DNA of 64,000 nucleotides, taken from Octopus vulgaris. Lineage: Eukaryota. The position numbers and the translations under genes were made by a program. The stretch covers positions 51,646,001 to 51,710,000 of the forward strand of contig OX597822.1 in NCBI GenBank assembly GCA_951406725.2. Direction: 5' to 3'. Of this stretch, positions 53,560-64,000 are shown piece by piece; the first letter of the stretch is position 1, and each line of letters opens with the position of its first letter. Below the pieces are notes generated by a model. The model was not told where the DNA came from. It saw only the letters and a program-made list of their open reading frames with translations, and ran no database searches.

Positions 53560-53604
53560 CACACGGACTGCAGTTTCTAGGTATTTGCCTGTCTTCGGCG
53601 TACG
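53560..53604 (-). ncRNA. minimal type I hammerhead-like motif (U4C variant)
   Basis: Reverse complement of the 53783-53827 motif. Confidence 0.65.
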
Positions 53605-53782
53605 GCAATCACCGGTTTTCGATGAAGGGAGACCTGGTTGTCGAGCAGTTACTGTTTACATCTCATTCAGAGATTTATCGTTGCTTGCAGACAGTTTTTC
53701 GAAATCAGTGACGGAAGTTACTGGAAAAACAATAAATAAATATTTGCAAACAGGCCTCCCTTCATCGAAAACCGGTGATTGC

Positions 53783-53827
53783 CGTACGCCGAAGACAGGC
53801 AAATACCTAGAAACTGCAGTCCGTGTG
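53783..53827 (+). ncRNA. minimal type I hammerhead-like motif (U4C variant)
   Basis: CGTACG-CCGAAGA-C-AGG-CAAATA-CCT-A-GAAA-CTGCAG-TC-CGTGTG: helix I CGTACG/CGTGTG with G-U pairs, palindromic helix III ACTGCAGT, GUC triplet (cleavage after 53821). Confidence 0.65.
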
Positions 53828-54215
53828 TATCACTTAGGTTTACGAGAGAGGGATGACCTCCCTTTGCAAATACCATAAGGACACAAAATGTGTGCCTAAA
53901 GCCAGCTGGAGACGATGATCTCCTGGGGCTAAAAGCTACAGTAACACCCACCCTTAGTGGTTAGCCATATTGAGATGGCTAGTATACTTTACGTTGTCGA
54001 GCAGTTACTGTTTACATCTCATTCAAACAAACATATGTTATAATTCAAATAATATTTAACTTTAGTGGAAACATATTGAATGACCCTCCTTATGTTTTAT
54101 AACAATTGCTCAATCATCGATCATCGCTATGACCCCCTCTTTCTCTATATAGAAATATATATGTGCATATATATCTATATGTAACTATATATATATATAT
54201 ATATACGTGTGTATG

Positions 54216-54266
<51 letters not shown>

Positions 54267-54319
54267 AACTCAACTTGTGTGTCTGTGTGTGTATCTGTGT
54301 TTGTGTCTGTGTGTTTAAC

Positions 54320-54849
54320 TTCCCGACACATCTCCTCCTAGCCAACAAATCGTAGAACCACCAAAAATGGGTCACTTAAAGTTTAGGCGAATGAAAACTG
54401 AACTGCGCTATTTCTGTTCCGAAATTCATCTCGCAAGTGCAAAAATCGATAATGTGTTTGTTTAGGCCTTATCTCATGCATTGAATAGTGAACTTTACTC
54501 AGTCAGCTGTTTGACGTGAACTGTGTTCACCACGCGTGCAAGCATGCGTAAATTGCATGAAAAATAAAAAATCAAGATATAAAAACGAATTGCCGTAAAC
54601 ATTGTAGAAATTCGGCAAAGAAAGGAATTTTCGGGCTTTTTTGTATTAATCGTTTGGACTTTGTGAACCAATTGTTTTCATAACATTTTTACCGCTTTGA
54701 ATTAAATGTGACCATTTTGCGTTGAGTTTGCAGTTTGAATCACTTTAACCAAATTTTAGCAGGCCGGATTTTTGATCATCACGATACATCGCCAGCGATT
54801 CCTCGAAACTCTCCCCTGAAATCCCCGTTGAGCCGGGCAATACTGCTAG
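54320..54849 (+). mobile_element. non-autonomous Helitron 3' part
   Basis: Hairpin CCCG-TTGAGC-CGGG about 10 nt before CTAG (54846-54849), followed by T. The 5' boundary is uncertain. Confidence 0.6.
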
Positions 54850-54859
54850 TATATATATA

Positions 54860-55075
54860 TTAGAAGGTTTGGAGATGATGTACAGGTATTTTATATTAGA
54901 AGAAATGAGGTACTCAGAAATTCGGCAGATTTTATATTTACAGATATTTATTTGTATATTACATATTTTTATATATTATATATAATATATCATATATCAT
55001 ATATTAGCGCTTTCGTCCATTCTAGTGGAGTTTTCGATTTGAACTAAGTTCTTGGGGAAAATTTGACTATTTTTA
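54860..55075 (-). mobile_element. PLE-end-like fragment with a decayed hammerhead
   Basis: The minus strand has TCCA-CTAGAA-TGGA-C-GAAA-GCGC-TA at ~55002-55040. The 5' core is mutated. Confidence 0.45.
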
Positions 55076-55242
55076 TAGTGTTATTGAGTGTGTAGTGGTG
55101 GGGAGAGATATAAGATAGTACAAGAGGGTGATGAATGGGGAGAAAGTGCGAGAGAGAATGTGTGTGTGTGTTTCTGTGTATGTGTGTGTGTGTGCGTGTG
55201 TGTGCGTGTGTGTGTGTATGTGTGAGTGTGTGTTTTTGTATC

Positions 55243-55335
<93 letters not shown>

Positions 55336-56029
55336 GTATATATACATATATGTCTTTGTGTGTGTGTCTGTGTCCGTGTATGTAATAATTATATATATAA
55401 ATTCACACACACATGTATGTATGAATGTATATATATGTATACGCAATTATATTAACTGCTTAGTGCGTTCTTTTGCGATTTCATTAGGATCTAATACAGT
55501 CTAGTTTTGCTGGCTTTATTGAAATTTTGTTACCTGCCAGACATAATTGGTCAGACGGAATAGTTAATCTGAATTTTCTGGTTATTTTGTGATTGATTTT
55601 TTTCGGAAGTGTATGATAAGACGTTCATTTTCTATTACGATATATATTTACAGTGCCCAGTTTTTATGGTAAAGTATGATACGAAGACATGTTTCAAATA
55701 ATTCTTTAAGCATCCTTTTATTACTTCTTGTGTGGCTTGTGATTATTAAACCACATCAACAAATCTTTCTGTCAGATGTCTGATTTGTATTAGTTTTCTT
55801 TACTGTCCCCTGGTTTAGCTTCTGCTGTTAAATTTGATTCTATCTGTTTGAAATGTGTATACGTTTATCGTTTTAGTTGTTTCTTTGTTTTTCTAGCTAT
55901 ATTATATGTTCTCTTAAAAATTGCTTCTTTGTTCTCAATATAAGTTTCATATGCTGCGAACCATATTTTAGGCTTTTGGTGGAATTGTTTCTATTGAGAA
56001 TTTTGAAGTTTGTGAACGTTGTTCTTAGC

Positions 56030-57065
56030 GTAAAGTGAGATAACACTTTGTAGATGGTGGACAGATTGATGGAACGATAGTTTCTCAAGTCCGGTTTGTC
56101 ACATTTCTTGTAAAGCAAGACCACTATTAAGTTCTTCTAACTTTTGGGGATTTTGCCTTCTTCAAAGCATATGTTCAATAGATTTATGAGCATCGTCAAG
56201 ATGGGCTATCTACCCACCCTCCCTGAAGAAGGCCAGCAGAGGTGTTTTCCCCCGCCAGGTGTCTTGTCTTTCTTAAGTCGTTTGATGCTTGCTTTTGTCT
56301 CTGATGGTATGAGGGAGGGAAGGCGTAGAGTTGGAGTTGAGTTGGAGAATGGATGGCCTTGAGGTCGTCTGGTGCAACACAATTTGCTATAGAACTCTTC
56401 ACCTCGTTTAATAAGCTTGTTAAGGTCACTGATGACTCTACCATCTTCCGACAGGTCCCTGATGTTATCTTTTCCCGTGTTTGGATTTTGAATGACAGAC
56501 TTCAGCCTTCTAATACTTTTGCGAGCTTTTAGCTGTTAATCTTCGTAATATTTTCTGATGGCTTTTTTCTATATGATTGATCACAATAGAAAGCAAACAT
56601 ATATAACATTCCATTCTACATTACCTCTTTTTACTACGAGGTAACCTTCAACTTCATAGAATTCACACCGCTCCTTACAGTACTGAAGAACCAAAGAGTG
56701 GACCCAAAGTACATTGCGATACTGAAAAATCTTTACAGCGATACAACATCGACTCCTCAGGCTATGCCAAGACAGTGATAAGTTCAAGATGTAGAGAGGT
56801 GCAAGGCAAGGCGACAATATCTCGCCGTAGCTCTTTACATCGTGCCGGTAAAACGCTGTCATCAACAAAATGCAACGGAAAAAGAATGGCATCAACATTG
56901 ATGGAGAACAACTATACCACCTGGACTTTACTGATCACATCATCTTGATAGCGCATACACCTAAAGAATTGGAGGATATAGTCACCGATATCCACACTAA
57001 AAGACAACTAACTTGTCAGTATCAACATGAACCTTGAAAAGACCAAGGTCAGATTCAACACGACA
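56030..57065 (+). mobile_element. RTE-like LINE RT remnant with an inverted upstream half
   Basis: Minus 56570-56035 gives LQGG...LLYKKCDKPDLRNYRSI.LSTIYKVLSH. Plus 56580-57060 gives YNIPFY...RGARQGDNISP*LF...GINIDGEQLYHLDFTDHIILIA. Confidence 0.8.
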
Positions 57066-57449
57066 ACAATTTAATATGCTGGATATCAACAGCAACCATT
57101 AGTATTTGCTTTTACACACAATGTTCAAGGGAAATAGCAATAATGGAATATGTGAATCCGTCCCTTATTGTTTCTCTGTCGTAATACTTTAGAATGATTG
57201 GGTTTGTCATTTCGTTTCATTATCATCCAATATTTATAATTACAAGCCAAATGCTATAACATTTGTTTACTATATTCCATTGTTTTCATCATTATTATTT
57301 CCATAGATAGATAGATGTGGGATTTGGTGTATGGGTTGTTGGAGATGAGGGGTTAGTCTTTACTTTTTTTCCTGTTTTTTTCCTGGTCTTTGGTGATTCG
57401 TTTTTCCTGGTGATTCTTTTTACCTGTTTTTTTTTCCCTGGTTTTTGGT

Positions 57450-57920
57450 AGTTCTTAAGCAGCAAAGACTAGAGCATCCGTTTCCGGTTTTAAATCACTT
57501 TTAGTCATCCATAGCCATCTATTTTTCTCTTTCTGTCTTATCTTCACAAACCCTATGAAATTGTCCATGCATTCTTGTTTTTATCCATATATTTTCGGTT
57601 TCATTCATTTTCAAGGCATTATACAGTGCTTTATCTTTGCAATCTTCCATCTTATACAACCCTGACCTCCTTAGTTCCAATAAATGTGGTTCTGTGGGGT
57701 TTTTTTACATTACATGGTTGTGTTCTTCTGCTCTAATGCAGTGATCGCATCCGATCAGTTCTCTTCCCCTTCTTTTTCTTTGTACATACAGTCACTGGTT
57801 GGGTGAAGTATCCCATATCAGGTCAAAAACATGCTTGTCTCATTGTCTAAGCTGTTTAGTTCGTCTACTGTCCATGCGATTACCCCTGCCCCATATCTGA
57901 GTAGTAAAACCACCCGAGTG
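57450..57920 (-). mobile_element. R4/Dong-like RT C-terminal remnant
   Basis: LRYGAGVIAWTVDELNSLD...LHPTSD...RGRELI resembles the YSFGII.W...HPKS...GGRGL region of REL-type non-LTR elements. Confidence 0.65.
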
Positions 57921-58189
57921 ATTCTTCTGTATTTGTTGTTGTTGCTGATGGTGGTGGCGGTGGTGGTGGTGATGGTTTTGATGGTGATGGTGTTGCTTCT
58001 GTTCTTGATGGCGCTAATGGTGGAGTTGGGTGGGTTGGCTTGCTGGTTGTTGAAGTTGTTTCATCCGTTGGTAGCGCTGTTTTATCTGTTGTACTGATGG
58101 CTGTGTGGGTAACAGTGCTGGTTTGCTGTTGACTTTTGGGTTTTGTTGTTGTTCTTGGGCTATTTTGGAGTCTATTTTACGATGATTTT

Positions 58190-58640
58190 TGCTACCTTAA
58201 AGGTATCAATATGACCTGCCTTCAACGGGAACATGTAGTGTCATGCCAGCCATCCGGAAGTTTTATCAAATCTGGGATTTTCAAAGGTCTCTTGATTTGC
58301 CTGGATTAATAGCTCTAATCTGTGTTCAACCCTGTTTTACTGTTCCAGCACGGCAATTTCTAATATGTCTATTGTTTTTTCAAAATCATAACAGATGGTT
58401 AACACTAGTCATCTTTTTTTTTATCTCAGGGGGCACATCATTAATTCTTATGTTCGCCACCCGACGACCGAGGTAAGTTAGAATCATTATAAATTCCTCG
58501 CATTCCAGACGTTTTGTCGAGAGTTCTTCTCTGTGCGCTTTTGTGCCGAATATTACCTCGATCGTGGCAAATATTTTGCCCGTTGAAATATATTTTTCTG
58601 TAAGCCCATATGGGCCGTAGACCCTTTCCAACTGTTTTTT
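58190..58640 (-). mobile_element. possible L1/Tx1-like ORF1 (gag-like) remnant
   Basis: YLGRRVANIRINDVPPEI followed by a decayed C..GH knuckle-like segment. Confidence 0.35.
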
Positions 58641-59416
58641 GAGTGGCCTATTCCAATCTTTCAGTTTTTATGATCAGAGTTTTATAAATTATGTTTTTTT
58701 TTAATGTCATGCAAAATGTTTTCTGGGGTGTTTAGTTTTATTGTTCTGTCTTTGTTTAATAGCTTTTTGCATTATTGTATTTCCTCTGTTCAGAACGGAA
58801 CTAAATGTCTTTCTTGTCTTATAATAGAAGCAATGTTATTTGCTTTATCGATGGCATTGTTGCTGGTGGTAGTAGTCATTGTAACAGTGGTGGTAGCAGG
58901 AGAGATGATAGTAATGGTGATAGGAGAGGTGATAATGGTGGTTGTACCTTTCATTGTATTATGAGTGTATTGTTTTCTCTGCCTTCTTTTCCCACTCGTT
59001 CGGAACGAACGCTTGCGTCAGCATACGTATTGTTGCTCAAATGTGTGTATTTGTGTGTGTGTGTGTGTGCGTGCGCGCGCGCGAGTGTGTGTGTGTGTGT
59101 GTTCATCAATGTTGTCTTTCTTGTTTGTAGCTTTTGATAATGATAATTACGGAAACTCAATTTCTAACTGGAATACAGGGACGCCGGCAGTCTTAGAAGG
59201 ACTGTCCAATTTTCTAGAGAGATGAAAAAATATTTTCGCAAAATAAAATCTTAAAATCTGAAAATTCAGTCTTAAAGGGCCAGTTTTCAAGCGAAAACCT
59301 CGCTCAAGACCAAGCAGATGTTGTTAGGCACCTTTTTGACAAAGATAAATACAGATACACAAATAAACACCAGAAATTATTTGAACTTATGAGAGACGAC
59401 GCGACGATAGCAAATC

Positions 59417-59558
<142 letters not shown>

Positions 59559-61091
59559 GTTATATGGTGTTTCTATTAATCTATCGCTGTGTGGGAATGG
59601 AAGAGCTATGTCTATGATCATTTATAGGGTCTCTAAGACTAGCAAGAGAGAAGCAGGGAGGGAGGGAGGAAGTTATCCTCAATTAGGTACCTACGGGACA
59701 TGTAGATCGCTAGAGGTACGGGACATGTAGTGGTATTAGATAGGGTGACGGATTGTGTACTAAGTTGCCCACAGTAGGATTTGAACTCAAAATGCAAAAA
59801 TAAAAACACGGAATAAATACACCTGACATCCTATTCGACGCTAGAGGGATTCCACTTGTCTGCTAATCCCTAGCTTATAATTACTTATAGATACCTGGTA
59901 TGATTAAAGTCTAAGTTAACCAGGTAAGATTTGAACTCAGAATGTAACGAACCGGAATAACCACTTCAAGTTATTTCTTTCGTTGCTATCTGACCATTCG
60001 TTAATGTATTGAATACATTTATTGTGAACATTGCATATTTTCAGATAAGATGAATATATATCTTAACACGCCTGAGATGCAATGACTTTAACAAATTAAG
60101 TGCATAACCATAATATATTCCATAAACTTTCGCTGGCAAAGAGCTTCTAATGAAAAATAACTTTTGTTTTTTCAACATAACTTGAAGATTGTATTATTAT
60201 ATCGCATTTGTTTAATCACTACACGCTACGTTAGTATTTGTGTAAAATATATAGCAACTTAGTTAAGCAAAATAGTTCTAGGAAAGATAGAATTCCAAAC
60301 ATTTAAACATACATTCGGAAACAAAACATGACATTGCCGAAACGAAGTTATCTGATACGCATTTGCATCAGTTTTCAATTGTATGCTTGAAGAGTTTTAC
60401 AGTAGTTTCACATGCATAGCTTACAAAATAAAACGAAAGAAAACAAACGAAACGAAAATAGCTCTGAAGTCATTCGTTCAACTAAATACAAGACTATTGA
60501 AGTTTATTAAATACAACAAATATAATACAATAATATAATAATATGTTATTGGATTGGATGTTTGAACGGTATTACATTCGGTGAAATACTGCTCTTTAAA
60601 TCCCATATAATACTACATAGAATATTTAAGAAATTTACATTTATATTCATATTTCTCCCTGTGCTTTTATTCTACAAGATACACTCTCACTAAATAGAAA
60701 AACAAATAACTCAGTAAACATTAAATCATTACACCATTGTTTTCTTCATTCCTTTCGATTTTGATATTTCTTTTTCTCTGTCTTAGTATTTCTGCTTATT
60801 CTTTTGCCTATTCTCATATATACATATTCACACACACCCACACACATATATATATATAGATAGATATATAAATATAGATACATATATATGTACATATATA
60901 TATCTATCTATATATATATATATATATATATACAAAGGGATATGCTCAACTGGTTAAGGCCAAACAACTGACGAGCAAATTTGCGGTATTCATCAGATTA
61001 TTTGCTGTAGACCATCTTTTGTACCGACACAAAAGTATGTACGTGATCACACTTCCAATCAGTTAAGATCAGGAGCTATGAAAGCTACTGC

Positions 61092-62480
<1,389 letters not shown>

Positions 62481-62699
62481 TGATTAGATCATTTAGAGTC
62501 CAGTTAAGAATTATGTAGTTGTAACTCATAACTGGGATGGCTAGAGTGTTGATACCTATTATCTACTTTTTCGCATCGAGCTCTCAGTATTATGAACGGT
62601 GAACAGCGAGAATTGCCAAAATTAATATATATATATTTATATTTCGGCAGATTCAAACATTTACATCTTAATCGCTGTTGCATTTCGTATTTTGGAGAA

Positions 62700-63830
62700 C
62701 AACTTATCCTTTCAGACCAATGAATCTTCATAACACGTTCGTTTCATTAGTGTAAAGGGTTATCTAATGTTTCGGTGTTGTCGTGTCTCTTCAACCAAAG
62801 TTAACTCAGGCTAATGAATTTCAGAGGAGTTTGCGAATCTTGTTTATAATTCAGCAAACAAATCTGTCAACCAATAGTAAATTCTCATGTTCACCATGAC
62901 ATTCTTTATAGCGTGTAGTAAGTCACAAAACATATCGAAACATCGTGTGTCCCAAATTTCCTCTATACTAATGAATTGGCTGTGTAGTTACCACACATGC
63001 TTCTGAAAGGAGAATTTGCTTTCCAGGGAAAAAATTTCAACAGTGATTATTATATTTACATTCGAATCTGCCAGAATATATTAAGAATGAGTATGTCATC
63101 TTATTTAACAACGTTTTCAATGTTTTCCTTTGTTCTCACCTGGAGATACTATACCTCTCATTCTACAGTGTCTTCATTTTCCTTAGGAATAACAATACCT
63201 GGTGTTCTACATCAATCGCTTGGTCACATTCATTCGTTCACTTTTTTTCCATAAATTAAATTAATGTCTGTACTACTTCTCAGCTCTGAACAAATTATAT
63301 TTCCCACACAGTTTTCAATGAACAATTCTGCTGTGTTGTTGCCATTTTGTATTCTCTTTGTGCAAAGTTGTAGCATTCGCACACTATATGGCTAGTGCTT
63401 TAATCTTTTTTAGTTTTTCTTTGTCCATGAATTTTAGATAAGTTAAACAACTTTCTTATCGAAGAGGTATTTCACATAGATTGTTCTAAGTGTTTCACTT
63501 CGTATTGCATAGATTAATGCGTCTTCCAAAATTTACGTCTGAGTTTTACATCCGCTTTCGAGTTCCTCACTCTTTCATAGGATTACTCGTCTCACACAAA
63601 CTATTTACATATTTGAGTATACCTGCTCTATATTTTATTACTGACATCACACATGAGTTACTATCGTTTTTTGTCATTTAAATTTTGTCTTTAAAACCAA
63701 TTGTAATTTCCTCTTAATATTTTTTTCAAACACTTTCTACCATTTAAATCTCCTTTGATCTCATCAACCTTTAGTATTTTTAAATATCTATATCCATTCT
63801 TCTCTGTCATCTATTACATCACCGGTTGGA
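62700..63830 (-). mobile_element. older R4/Dong-like RT remnant
   Basis: Weak fragments (KVDEIK, LVLKTK) in the expected order. Very decayed. Confidence 0.35.
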
Positions 63831-63852
63831 AACTCAATCTATTGACAGAATT

Positions 63853-63943
63853 TTTATTATTTTTATAATATATATGCGATATCTTTATTATTTTTATAAT
63901 AAATATGCGATATCTTTATTATTTTTATAATAAATATGCGATA
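63853..63943. repeat. 31-bp minisatellite, ~3 copies
   Basis: TTTATTATTTTTATAATA(T/A)ATATGCGATATC at 63853, 63884 and 63915. Confidence 0.9.
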
Positions 63944-64000
63944 ATTTTTCCATTGAATACCATTCCTTTGCTTACATTAAACAGATGAACAGTTTAAACT

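Larger units (their letters stand above)
53375..54039. mobile_element. fold-back PLE-type insertion: ~245-bp inverted arms flanked by a 16-bp direct repeat
   Basis: Arms ~53392-53637 and ~53750-53995 are near-perfect reverse complements. TCAAACAAACATATGT occurs on both sides (~53375-53391 and ~54023-54039). An internal ~33-bp direct repeat GTTGTCGAGCAGTTACTGTTTACATCTCATTCA occurs at 53637 and 53993. Confidence 0.9.

Noticed and set aside
53423-53951. Mirror-image ORFs on both strands
   Set aside because: They are a by-product of the inverted arms and have no recognisable domain.
60966-60995. CTGACGA-GCAAATTTGC hammerhead-like start
   Set aside because: It is followed by GGTA rather than GAAA, and no helix I or III pairing is evident.

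Overview
AT-rich eukaryotic genomic DNA with very dense (TA)n, (CA)n, (TACA)n, (GATA)n, (TAT)n and (TAG)n microsatellites and tRNA-headed SINEs. The repeat landscape looks like octopus (cephalopod) DNA; this is inferred from the repeats and not verified. I found no confidently identifiable host protein-coding exon, and most ORF-track entries are microsatellite artefacts. The window is a graveyard of decayed mobile elements: several mariner/Tc1 copies, a degenerate autonomous-type Helitron (Rep + PIF1-like helicase), a hAT-like transposon, RTE-, CR1- and R4/Dong-like LINE fragments, and many Penelope-like element (PLE) fragments. The standout is a 2.35 kb non-coding array of near-identical ~492-bp units at 28213-30560, half in each orientation. 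Each complete unit carries a canonical type I hammerhead ribozyme (CUGAAGA...GAAA...GUA), which makes it a candidate retrozyme or circular-RNA-producing element. It sits in a (TA)n tract whose apparent empty-site copy lies ~1 kb upstream in inverted orientation. A second fold-back element with a target-site-like duplication and two minimal hammerheads lies at 53375-54039. Several further decayed hammerhead motifs from unrelated PLE-like families are scattered through the window.
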